Below are positions 18,328-27,164 of a stretch of DNA of 64,000 nucleotides, piece after piece. Numbering within the stretch: the first letter of the stretch is position 1; the number at the start of each line of letters is the position of its first letter. The notes beneath the pieces were generated by a model. That model was not told where the DNA came from. It saw nothing but the letters and a program-made list of their open reading frames with translations, and did not search any database. The stretch lies in NCBI GenBank assembly GCA_030637655.1, contig DAOWGI010000109.1:1-64000 (forward strand). Direction: 5' to 3'. This DNA is from a candidate division FCPU426 bacterium (lineage in GTDB: Bacteria > Oederibacteriota > JAAXVQ01 > JAUVAV01). A program made the position numbers and the translations under genes.

Positions 18328-21300
18328 CTAATTCAAGGAGACCTCTTCCATAGCCATAGAAGTGACCGGTTGCAGGGACTGTTCCTCTTTATCTCCTTTG
18401 AATTTCACAGCTATCAGACTGGATACACCTGATTCTTGCATGGTCACACCATAGAGAACACCTGCTGTTTCCATAGTAATCTTATTATGCGTAATGACAA
18501 TAAACTGTGATTTTTTCGCAAATTCATTGAGAATGCGACCAAAACGCATGGTATTGGTATCATCCAAAGGCGCGTCCATTTCATCAAAAATGCAGAAAGG
18601 ACTGGGTTTAATCAAGAATATGGCAAACAGCAGTGCAATAGCAGTCAGCGCTTTCTCTCCACCTGAAAGCAATGAGATGTTTTGCAAACGTTTTCCCGGA
18701 GGCCGGGCAATGATCTCTATCCCTGTTTCCAGCATATTAGTCTCATCCAATAAGACCAGATCCGCATCTCCGCCATTAAACAATCTCCTGAACACCTCTT
18801 TGAATTTAATCCGAACCTGGGAGAAGGTGTCGGAAAAGCGTTCCCGGCTCTCTAGGTTAATCTTGGTAATCAAGCGCTGCAAGTTATCCTTGGCCTCTTT
18901 CAAATCCGATAATTGTTTGGTTAAGAACTCGTAGCGCTGCTCCAATTCATCGTATTCTTCCATAGCCACTAAATTTACAGATCCCATAGTATTGATTTTG
19001 TCTTTCAATTCTTTAATTCTGGTCCGAATTGCTTCCGTATCTTCGCTGGTCTCAACCGCAGTTTCCTCACTGCCTTCTTCATCGTTTTCCAAATTCAAAT
19101 TCAGTTTGTATTCTTCTTCCATATAGGTCTCAAGTGACTTGAGATTCATTTTCAATTGCGTTTTTTTCAACTCGAATTCATGCAATTCCTGTTTGGTGGT
19201 ATTTAAAATATCCTGAATCTCACGCAACCCGGCCTCTTTCTCTTTCTTCTGCGCAGTCAGCGTTTCCCGCTGTTGCTTCATGCCGGACAAGGCCTTTTCC
19301 TGGATTACCTTATTTCCCGATAAGCGTTCCAATTGCGCCTGTTTCTCTTTCATCTGATAGTCCATATCCGACATACGGTCTTGGTCACGTTTAATGTTGG
19401 TGATTTTCTCGGCTTTTTGAGCGGAGATCTCATTCAATTCCGTAGTCACCCGCCCGGTTTCAGTATTCAGGTTGCTCAATTGCTGCTCCAGGGAAGCAGA
19501 ACTCACCCGCAATTCACCGGCCCGCAGTGAACGTTCATCATATTCCCGGCGCCGCTCCTCAATCTCTTCTTGATGATTGGTCAACTCTTCCTGGGTTTTA
19601 CGGTCTGTCAGTTCCAATTCCATCAGTTGTTTGGCAGTCTCAGCATGCTCACTCAGAGTCTTATTCAAGAGTTCTATGACCTGCGCCCGTTCTCCTTGCA
19701 AGACAACAGTCTGTTTTTCCACTTCCTGCAATTGGGTTTGGGTTCCTTCCAAGGACTTCTCAATCTGGGCAGCTTTGATTTCCATTTCGTGCAATTGTGA
19801 ATTCACGGTTTCCAAGCCGCCGGTGGTTTCCTCCAAACAAAGCTTGGTCGTGTCCATTTCTGCCTGAGTATTGACCAGGTTTTTCTGTAAAACCTCCAGC
19901 TCAGCTTTTAATTCTTCGATCTCGCGTTCACGTCCCAGCAATCCTTTTTCCATCACATCCTGACTACCGCCGGTCAACCAGCGCTCCCGGGTCTGAATTT
20001 CACCATTCAGAGTGACCAAGGTTACCTGAGCACCGGCCTCTCGCGCTTTTTGCATGGCTTCCATATCTTGCACAATTACCACATCGTCCAGCAATTGATT
20101 AAAAATACCCCGAAAACGTTCATCAATGCGCACCAAATACTTAGCCCAGCCCAGCGTACCGGGTAATTTTAACCATGGTTCGGATTGTGCTTCTCCCGGT
20201 AATGTTTCTATTTCTGAGTGCAAATAATTTTCCAAGGGAATAAAAGTGGCACGGCCACGGTTTCCAGCTTGCAGAAATTCAATAACCGGCTTGGTATCAC
20301 TCTCTTTTTGAAGCAAAATATACTGCAAACGATGGCCTAACAAAGCTTCAAAAGCGAACTCGTATTTTTCATCCGTACGAATAAAATTGAGTACCGGACC
20401 GATAATACCGGGAAAGCGTTCAGGCTTGGATTTTTTTTCCAGCAGAATGGTTTTGGCTCCCGTTTCATATCCATCCAGCCCGTTTTTCAACTCTTCAATC
20501 CACGTCAAGCGGGAGGTCAACTGGGTCAGGGTAGTATTAAAATTTTCCAACATCGACGTAAGTGTTTTCAGCACATGTTCCAAACGCTCTTTTTCCTGTG
20601 TCAGCTTTTCCTGTTCCGCGCGCAAAGCGGCAATGGATTCCGCGTTATTTTTCGCATCGGTTTCCAGGATATTTTTTTCCCGGAGCATTTCCTGATTCTG
20701 CTCATGCAAGGATTCCAGTTGCAATTCCAATTTGGCCAGCCTTTGCTCCTGTTCACCTCGACGAATTCCTAAGTTTTTCAGAGTTCCGCGCAGAGTAGAC
20801 ATTTGATCCACAATTTCCAACAACCGGGATTGCTGGTCCTGCACCCGGGCGGCACGTTCTTTCAACTCCTGTTCCAATACGTTTAAACGTTCTTCTTCCT
20901 GACTTAGGGATTCCTGGCAGGAAAGCAATTCATTTTCTTTTTGTTCACGCGCTTCCAGAGTCCCGGCGTTCTGTTCCCTAAGCTGTGTCTCTTTAGTATT
21001 GAGCGTTGTCAGTTCGGTTTCCAAACGTTCAATACTGATTTGCAAATCATTCTTTCGCAATTCAGAGGAAGAAACAAAATCTTCGGTTTTAATCATTTCT
21101 TCATTCACACGATGAACCGATTCCTGCATTTCAGTCAATTTCGCTTCTGCGTTTGTGAGCGCATCGTTCAATCCGGAGATTTCAGCCTCCAGGGTTAGCC
21201 GGCGCACTTCCTGTTCCTCGGTCCGGGTTTGGCACCCTTCCCATTCCTGCTCAATCTTTCTTAGCTGACGCCGTTTCTCTTTCAGTTCCCGTTTGCCCCG

Positions 21301-21984
21301 TGAGACTTCCAGGGTAGTCAATTCCTGTTTGCAGGATTGAAAACGACGCGCTTTTTGAACTTGGCGTTCCAATGAATTAGTCTGACGTTTCACTTCCACC
21401 GCGATATCATTCACGCGCAGATAATTTTGTTCTGTGGATTCCAGTTTCCGCAGCGACTCATCTTTGCGCGCTTTGTATTTTGAAATCCCGGCAGCTTCTT
21501 CAAACACAAAACGACGATCCGCGGGTTTTGAAGAAACAATGAGATCAATCTTACCTTGCTCCAAAATAGAATAAGAATTGGTGCCGATGCCGGTATCCAT
21601 AAACAAATCCTGAATGTCCCGCAAACGACACGGAACTTTATTGATAAGGTATTCACTCTCACCTGACCGGAAGGTACGCCGGGTAATGGTAATTTCTTCA
21701 TGTTGGCTCTTGAGTTGCCTGTCACTGTTGTTCATAGTCAGAGAGACTTCGGCCATGCCCACGGCTTTTCTTTGATCCGTACCGTTAAAAATAACATCTT
21801 CCATCCGTGCTCCGCGCAGTGATTTCGCGCTCTGTTCGCCCAATACCCAGCGAATGGAATCAACAATATTGGATTTACCACAACCGTTAGGACCGACTAT
21901 AGCGGTTATGCCTGATTCAAAATTAAGTGTGGTTGGATCAACAAAAGACTTAAACCCTTGCATTTCCAGTTGTTTAAAATACAC
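18328..21984 (-). CDS. smc: Chromosome segregation protein SMC
   Basis: GFKSF, GPNGCGKSN, hinge GRATFIPL, LSGGEKALTA and FDEMDAPLD motifs. Long coiled coils. Confidence 0.97.
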   Translation of the reverse strand: MYFKQLEMQGFKSFVDPTTLNFESGITAIVGPNGCGKSNIVDSIRWVLGEQSAKSLRGARMEDVIFNGTDQRKAVGMAEVSLTMNNSDRQLKSQHEEITITRRTFRSGESEYLINKVPCRLRDIQDLFMDTGIGTNSYSILEQGKIDLIVSSKPADRRFVFEEAAGISKYKARKDESLRKLESTEQNYLRVNDIAVEVKRQTNSLERQVQKARRFQSCKQELTTLEVSRGKRELKEKRRQLRKIEQEWEGCQTRTEEQEVRRLTLEAEISGLNDALTNAEAKLTEMQESVHRVNEEMIKTEDFVSSSELRKNDLQISIERLETELTTLNTKETQLREQNAGTLEAREQKENELLSCQESLSQEEERLNVLEQELKERAARVQDQQSRLLEIVDQMSTLRGTLKNLGIRRGEQEQRLAKLELQLESLHEQNQEMLREKNILETDAKNNAESIAALRAEQEKLTQEKERLEHVLKTLTSMLENFNTTLTQLTSRLTWIEELKNGLDGYETGAKTILLEKKSKPERFPGIIGPVLNFIRTDEKYEFAFEALLGHRLQYILLQKESDTKPVIEFLQAGNRGRATFIPLENYLHSEIETLPGEAQSEPWLKLPGTLGWAKYLVRIDERFRGIFNQLLDDVVIVQDMEAMQKAREAGAQVTLVTLNGEIQTRERWLTGGSQDVMEKGLLGREREIEELKAELEVLQKNLVNTQAEMDTTKLCLEETTGGLETVNSQLHEMEIKAAQIEKSLEGTQTQLQEVEKQTVVLQGERAQVIELLNKTLSEHAETAKQLMELELTDRKTQEELTNHQEEIEERRREYDERSLRAGELRVSSASLEQQLSNLNTETGRVTTELNEISAQKAEKITNIKRDQDRMSDMDYQMKEKQAQLERLSGNKVIQEKALSGMKQQRETLTAQKKEKEAGLREIQDILNTTKQELHEFELKKTQLKMNLKSLETYMEEEYKLNLNLENDEEGSEETAVETSEDTEAIRTRIKELKDKINTMGSVNLVAMEEYDELEQRYEFLTKQLSDLKEAKDNLQRLITKINLESRERFSDTFSQVRIKFKEVFRRLFNGGDADLVLLDETNMLETGIEIIARPPGKRLQNISLLSGGEKALTAIALLFAIFLIKPSPFCIFDEMDAPLDDTNTMRFGRILNEFAKKSQFIVITHNKITMETAGVLYGVTMQESGVSSLIAVKFKGDKEEQSLQPVTSMAMEEVSLN

Positions 21985-22013
21985 AGTACCTTCCCCCTAA
22001 AACATCATTCGCA

Positions 22014-22029
22014 CCACAATATATTGGGG
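22014..22029. promoter_or_regulatory. NrdR-box-like palindrome upstream of smc
   Basis: CCACAATATATTGGGG. Weaker copies at 22112-22127 and 22158-22173. Confidence 0.5.
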
Positions 22030-22031
22030 TG

Positions 22032-22060
22032 AATATACACCTTAATAATAAGTATGTCAA
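22032..22060 (-). promoter_or_regulatory. Sigma70-type promoter for smc
   Basis: Minus strand TTGACA-17 bp-TATATT. Confidence 0.65.
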
Positions 22061-22213
22061 GGGGGGAAAAAGATAAAAAAACGCAAAATTTAGATGTCCG
22101 TAACGGAGCCTATACAATATGCTGTGTGATATAATTGCAATTATGTAATATTACAAGACACAATATGTGGGATGTAAGAAAATCGTTAAATTTCAAGATT
22201 TTTTTGTTATATA

Positions 22214-22291
22214 GTAGGGAATGGTCCTGTAGGGAATGGTCGCGACCAAAGGGAATCCCATTCGTAGGGAACGGTCGCGACCGTTCCCTAC
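22214..22291. repeat. Nested/partial REP cluster
   Basis: Two half-REPs (GTAGGGAATGGTC), a partial insert (AAGGGAATCCCAT) and a full GTAGGGAACGGTCGCGACCGTTCCCTAC (22264-22291). Confidence 0.8.
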
Positions 22292-22295
22292 AGGT

Positions 22296-23117
22296 TTATA
22301 TTCCAACCAATGTGATTTTCGCCTTATTAGCAAGCGCAATAGTCTGTTCTTGCTGTATAAACAGTGTCTTCCCGGCATCAAATGCCAGTACCGTGGCTTT
22401 GGCTTTTTGCAGGGATTCAATGGTGTTGGGCCCAATCACTGGCGTGTCAAACCGCAAATCCTGCTTGGGCTTCAACACCTTTACCACCACTGCCCCGCCT
22501 CTGGAAAACTCACCGCTTCTCACAATACACGCATCAGTACCTTCCATGGCTTCCACAGCGATCACTGCTTTTTCTTTCACCACCACAGTTTGCCCCACAT
22601 CCGCGCCAGCCAGATGTTTCGCAATTTTATAACCAAATTGAATATCTTCCTGTTCACGCTTAGTGGGCCGGCGCCTGGTAAGCATACCTTTTTCCGGCAG
22701 ATTGGATTTCAAATAGGGTAAAGGTGAAATAAGTTCCACCCCTTCTTGGGCCAAGACGCCAGACACTGCTTTTAGCAAAGAATCAGCACGTTTGTCTTTT
22801 ACTTTGGCCAATAGTGTTACAGCTTTGAGGTCTAATTTGAGGTTTGAAAAAAGCCGCTTGTGTCGAATCATGCCGGCCATAACAACTTGCGTGATACCCG
22901 CGGTTTTGAATGCTTTTATCATTTTTCCCAACTGCCCAATACTCACCCAGTGAATCTCATTCACACTTTGCGCCAGCTCAGCATACGTCTCTCCTGGGAA
23001 AGCCACGGCTATCACGGTTTTGCCTTTGGCTTTCATGGTTTGAGCAACCAAAAACGGAAATTCTCCCCAGCCGGCAATCAAGCCGATCTTATTTGTCTTA
23101 TTACTTTGCGATGCCAC
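22296..23117 (-). CDS. lpxI: UDP-2,3-diacylglucosamine diphosphatase LpxI (DUF1009)
   Basis: GLIAGWGEFP, DVGQTVVV, AVEAMEGTD and KPKQDLRFDTPVIG motifs. Follows lpxA. Confidence 0.92.
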   Translation of the reverse strand: MASQSNKTNKIGLIAGWGEFPFLVAQTMKAKGKTVIAVAFPGETYAELAQSVNEIHWVSIGQLGKMIKAFKTAGITQVVMAGMIRHKRLFSNLKLDLKAVTLLAKVKDKRADSLLKAVSGVLAQEGVELISPLPYLKSNLPEKGMLTRRRPTKREQEDIQFGYKIAKHLAGADVGQTVVVKEKAVIAVEAMEGTDACIVRSGEFSRGGAVVVKVLKPKQDLRFDTPVIGPNTIESLQKAKATVLAFDAGKTLFIQQEQTIALANKAKITLVGI

Positions 23118-23877
23118 GTTCGGATTCTTTTATGAAATTAACCAGCAATTCTATTTCTTGATGCTGGCGGGCTTCCGCTTCCAACTTGACGAGGGCTTGC
23201 GAAGTATTCAACTTGGAACGGTATAAAATACGATACGCTTTCTCAATAATACCAATTTGGTCTTTCGTGAATCCCTTCCGCTCCAAACCGATCTTGTTGA
23301 TTCCCGCGATACGCAACGGAGAATCAGCGCACATAATGTAGGGCGGAACATCTTTGGCCACGCGCGAATGACCGCCAATAATGGCATAAGAGCCAATCCG
23401 GACATACTGGTGGATGGCATTAAGACCTCCAATATTCGCATGATCCATAATGGTCACATGTCCGGCCATGGCAATGGCATTGGCCATAATGTTGTTGTTT
23501 CCAATTTTACAATCGTGCGCCACATGCGCGTAGGTCATAATTAGATTATCATTGCCAATCACGGTCGAGAGTTCTCCGTCGGTCGCGCGATTGATGGTCA
23601 CGTACTCTCTAATGGTATTTCGGTCACCTATTTTGGCAAACGACTTCTCACCTCTATACTTTAAATCCTGACATTCGGACCCAACGATCGCTCCGGTAAA
23701 TATTTTATTATCGCAACCCACGGTGGTCCACTTATCGACCAACGCGTAGGCGCCCACCTGGGTACGATCACCGATCTGCGCTTCCGCATTAATAATCGCG
23801 CCTGGACCTATTTCAACATCCTCGCCTAGTTGGGCTTGCGGATGGACAATTGCTGTAGAATGAATAATAACTGCCAT
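23101..23877 (-). CDS. lpxA: UDP-N-acetylglucosamine acyltransferase
   Basis: Hexapeptide repeats, QDLKY, IREYVTINRAT and HVAHDC. ATG at 23877 after a GGAG RBS. Confidence 0.96.
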   Translation of the reverse strand: MAVIIHSTAIVHPQAQLGEDVEIGPGAIINAEAQIGDRTQVGAYALVDKWTTVGCDNKIFTGAIVGSECQDLKYRGEKSFAKIGDRNTIREYVTINRATDGELSTVIGNDNLIMTYAHVAHDCKIGNNNIMANAIAMAGHVTIMDHANIGGLNAIHQYVRIGSYAIIGGHSRVAKDVPPYIMCADSPLRIAGINKIGLERKGFTKDQIGIIEKAYRILYRSKLNTSQALVKLEAEARQHQEIELLVNFIKESERGIAK

Positions 23878-23904
23878 GGGTTTCTCCTTTTCAAATACTT
23901 TATA

Positions 23905-23973
23905 GTAGGGAACGGTCGCAACCGAAGGGAATCCCATTTTAGATATCCATCCGGTCGGGGGACCGTTCCCTAC
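23905..23973. repeat. REP palindrome with 41-bp central insert
   Basis: GTAGGGAACGGTCGC[AACCGAAGGGAATCCCATTTTAGATATCCATCCGGTCGGGG]GACCGTTCCCTAC. Confidence 0.85.
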
Positions 23974-23981
23974 ACCGTTTC

Positions 23982-25289
23982 CTACCGATCCATGATGACG
24001 GACATCAGATCAGCCTCACACACCAAGTCTTCACCAACAAAGGCCTTGCCGTGCATCTTGGCAATTTTGGAACGAAGCTTGTCTACCTCAATTTCTAAGC
24101 GGAGTTGATCACCGGGCACCACTGGTTTGCGGAATTTGACATTATCAATTCCCATAAAATACACTACTTTGTCCCGCGCATCCGGAAAACTCTTCATCAA
24201 CAAGACTCCACCGCATTGTGCCATGGCTTCAATGATTAACACGCCCGGCATAATCGGATGCCCGGGAAAATGTCCCTGAAAAAACTGCTCGTTCATCGTC
24301 ACATTTTTTATACCCACCACGCGCTTGCCTATTTCCAAATCAATCACGCGATCAACCAGTAACATCGGATACCGGTGCGGCAATAAAGTTTCAATCTCTT
24401 TGGCATCAATAATCATTTTTTCTTTCCCCCTCTCCATAATACCATTTCGTTCTTTTATTTTTTTAAGTTGCTGAACCAAACGCGCGTTCATTTCATGGCC
24501 GGTGTAATGCGCCACAAAATGGCCCTGCACAGCCGAACCAAAAAGAGCCAAATCACCGATAAAATCCAGAATTTTATGCATCCCCAGCTCTTGCTCAGTG
24601 CGTAAAGGCGGATTCAACGGTCCCTGTTCACCGATAACCAGAGCATTTTCCAGGCTGCCGCCTTTGGCCAAGCCATTAGATTTAAGCCAGTCTATTTCCT
24701 GCTCCAGGCAGAAGGTTCGGCAGTGCGCAACTTGTTTTTCAAATACTTCAGGTGATAATTCCACATCAACCCTTTGGGGTTGTAACCAGGGATGATCATA
24801 ATATAAATTGTAGGTAATACGCAAGCCGGGATAGGGCCAACCGACAATTTCCTTAGAACCGTTTTGGAGGATAACCGGTTTTGGCAGTCGAAATACCTGC
24901 CGTTTACTTCCCGGAATTTCGACAATACCTGTTTTAAGAATGGCTTGTACATATGGCTGAGCCGAACCATCCATGATCGGTGGTTCAGAGGCAGTCAATT
25001 CAACCAGGCAATTATCTACTTCCAAGCCGGCTAAGGCTGCCAATGCATGCTCAATCGTATGAATTTTAACGCCATTTTCCTGAATCGTGGTTCCGCGCGT
25101 GGTTTGCGAAACCAATTCCGGACGAGGAGAAATTCGTGGTTCTCCCGGTATATCTTTACGCACCAGAATATATCCGGTATCCGCCGGCGCGGGACAAAAT
25201 GTCAGAGTTGTTTCCAGCCCGGTATGTAAACCAATCCCGGTAAGCGCCACAGGCTTAGCCAAAGTACGCTGCCAAACGTCTGATTTCAT
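23982..25289 (-). CDS. lpxC: Bifunctional LpxC deacetylase / FabZ dehydratase fusion
   Basis: LpxC motifs GIGLHTG, TIEHAL and HKILDFIGDL, followed in frame by FabZ motifs LPHRYPMLLVD and FFQGHFPGHPIMPGVLIIEAMAQ. Confidence 0.95.
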   Translation of the reverse strand: MKSDVWQRTLAKPVALTGIGLHTGLETTLTFCPAPADTGYILVRKDIPGEPRISPRPELVSQTTRGTTIQENGVKIHTIEHALAALAGLEVDNCLVELTASEPPIMDGSAQPYVQAILKTGIVEIPGSKRQVFRLPKPVILQNGSKEIVGWPYPGLRITYNLYYDHPWLQPQRVDVELSPEVFEKQVAHCRTFCLEQEIDWLKSNGLAKGGSLENALVIGEQGPLNPPLRTEQELGMHKILDFIGDLALFGSAVQGHFVAHYTGHEMNARLVQQLKKIKERNGIMERGKEKMIIDAKEIETLLPHRYPMLLVDRVIDLEIGKRVVGIKNVTMNEQFFQGHFPGHPIMPGVLIIEAMAQCGGVLLMKSFPDARDKVVYFMGIDNVKFRKPVVPGDQLRLEIEVDKLRSKIAKMHGKAFVGEDLVCEADLMSVIMDR

Positions 25290-26320
25290 TCCTTTTCCAA
25301 CTCTTTTAAACGCGTTTCCAACTGCTCGATTTTTTTTCTCAACTCAGGGAGCCGATGAAATTCCGCCAACAAACGCATATCTTCTTTATGGGACTTGGCA
25401 GGATACCCGGAGATAAACTGTCCGGGCGCAACATCCTTGGTAATGCCGGATTGTCCTCCAACAATAACCCGATCGCCAATTTCAATATGACCCGCGGTTC
25501 CGATCTGGCCACCCATCATCACATTATTCCCAACTTTGGTGCTGCCGCTAAATCCGGTCTGACCGGCCACCACAGTATTGGAACCAATCCGCACATTATG
25601 AGCCACCATAATCAGATTATCCAGTTTTGTACCTTGTCCAACCCGGGTTTCCCCGAGTGCGGCCCGATCCACAGTGGTGTTGGCCCCGATCTCAACATCA
25701 TCTTCAATAACCACAGTGCCAATTTGGGGGATTTTTTGGTACTTCCCACCGTCTGGAGCAAAACCAAAACCATCACCACCCAGGACAACTCCGGGGTTCA
25801 GAATAACGCGGTTACCGATGGAGATACTTTCCCGGATCACAACACCAGGATGGAATTGACAATGTTCACCCACTGTGGTGTTTTCACCCACATACACTTG
25901 TGCCACTAATACACTCCCTTTTCCAATCTCAGCTCCGGCTTGCACTACACAAAAGGGTCCTATGGCCGCATCCTTTGCCAGCTTCGCTTTAGGATGCACA
26001 AATGCCATGGGATGAATGCCCGGTTCGGGTAATGGGATGGAGGGAGCATACAGCGACAAAATCTTGACAAAATCAAGGTAAGGGTTTTTACTCGTCAAAC
26101 ACGGCCGATCATATGAAATATGCGAAGACAACACCACCGCCCCGGCCTGTGTGGTTTCCAATTGTTTGCGATACCGCTTATTGGATAAAAAACTCAGGGT
26201 CGACCCATCCGCGGTATCCAACGGTCCAACTTTGGTAATAATAACCTCTGCCGCATTGGCCCCCCGCATCGCAGCGCCGGTAAATTCAGCCAGTTCTCGT
26301 AATGATTTAGCACACTCCAT
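25286..26320 (-). CDS. lpxD: UDP-3-O-acylglucosamine N-acyltransferase
   Basis: DGFGFA, KIPQIGTVVIEDDVEIGANTTVDR and KLDNLIMVAHNV motifs. Confidence 0.96.
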   Translation of the reverse strand: MECAKSLRELAEFTGAAMRGANAAEVIITKVGPLDTADGSTLSFLSNKRYRKQLETTQAGAVVLSSHISYDRPCLTSKNPYLDFVKILSLYAPSIPLPEPGIHPMAFVHPKAKLAKDAAIGPFCVVQAGAEIGKGSVLVAQVYVGENTTVGEHCQFHPGVVIRESISIGNRVILNPGVVLGGDGFGFAPDGGKYQKIPQIGTVVIEDDVEIGANTTVDRAALGETRVGQGTKLDNLIMVAHNVRIGSNTVVAGQTGFSGSTKVGNNVMMGGQIGTAGHIEIGDRVIVGGQSGITKDVAPGQFISGYPAKSHKEDMRLLAEFHRLPELRKKIEQLETRLKELEKE

Positions 26321-26410
26321 AATAACAATCCTTATTCTTAATGTATCCCGAAAACCAGCAAAATTTGTATCATGTGAGTGAAGTGCTGTGTTTTGTCAAA
26401 TAACCCGGAA

Positions 26411-26568
26411 ACATATGGTCTGCTGATTTATTTTTTCCCAGGGGGAAAGCGCGCGCTTACCAAGCCGGATACGAAATTCTAAATAACTTAGCTGATCAGC
26501 AATTTTGAATTTGCACCTACGGAGGCAAGTCGCGTCCCTGGGAAAAAATAAATCAGCAGACCATATGT
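26411..26568. mobile_element. 158-bp MITE-like element with perfect 33-bp terminal inverted repeats
   Basis: ACATATGGTCTGCTGATTTATTTTTTCCCAGGG (26411-26443) and its exact reverse complement (26536-26568). Non-coding interior. Confidence 0.65.
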
Positions 26569-26599
26569 CTTTCTCGCTTCACTGACATGTTACCAGAAT

Positions 26600-27112
26600 T
26601 TATTGCGCGTTTAATTTATCCAATACTTTATAGGTGATGTCATCACCGGCACTATACAAAACCGTTTCTTTGTCTAAAACCAACTCATACTTCTCTTTTT
26701 TAGCAATGACTTTCACAATAGCTTTGACATCGTTGACAATGCCTTCCAACAAGGTTCTCTGTTTGTTCATCAGCGTGCTCTGGACTTCACGGTATTTTTC
26801 CCGAAACACATCTTGTTTGGCCTCATATTTGCTCTCGAGTTTTTTATACTTTTTCTCAGAGATAATGCCTTTTTGCTTTTCCAATTTGGCTTTGTCTTTT
26901 TCCAATTCATCATTCAGATCTTTCAATTCGGCCTTCTTGTCTTCCAATTCTTTTTCCAGACGCGTTTGTGCTTCCTGGGTTTTTTTATATTCCTTCACTA
27001 CCTTGGCAGTATCCACCACTGCCACCTTGGCAGCCATAGCTGTGGCCGTAAAACAAAATCCCACCAGTAGCGCGACCAGCAGTCCCATACGGCTGAAGTA
27101 TTTAAAATTCAT
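26600..27112 (-). CDS. skp: OmpH/Skp periplasmic chaperone
   Basis: Signal peptide, KVAVVD, coiled coil and DITYKVL. Lies between bamA and lpxD. Confidence 0.9.
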   Translation of the reverse strand: MNFKYFSRMGLLVALLVGFCFTATAMAAKVAVVDTAKVVKEYKKTQEAQTRLEKELEDKKAELKDLNDELEKDKAKLEKQKGIISEKKYKKLESKYEAKQDVFREKYREVQSTLMNKQRTLLEGIVNDVKAIVKVIAKKEKYELVLDKETVLYSAGDDITYKVLDKLNAQ

Positions 27113-27164
27113 CTTTCCATCCTCCTTTTTATTTGACCTTTCAAGAACAAGGTTATATCACGTT

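Noticed and set aside
23878-23937. N-terminal extension of lpxA in the ORF track
   Set aside because: It derives from the REP+insert element. The ATG at 23877 has a proper RBS.
23982-25289. LpxC-FabZ fusion as a novelty
   Set aside because: This fusion is already known in several phyla (e.g. Bacteroidota).
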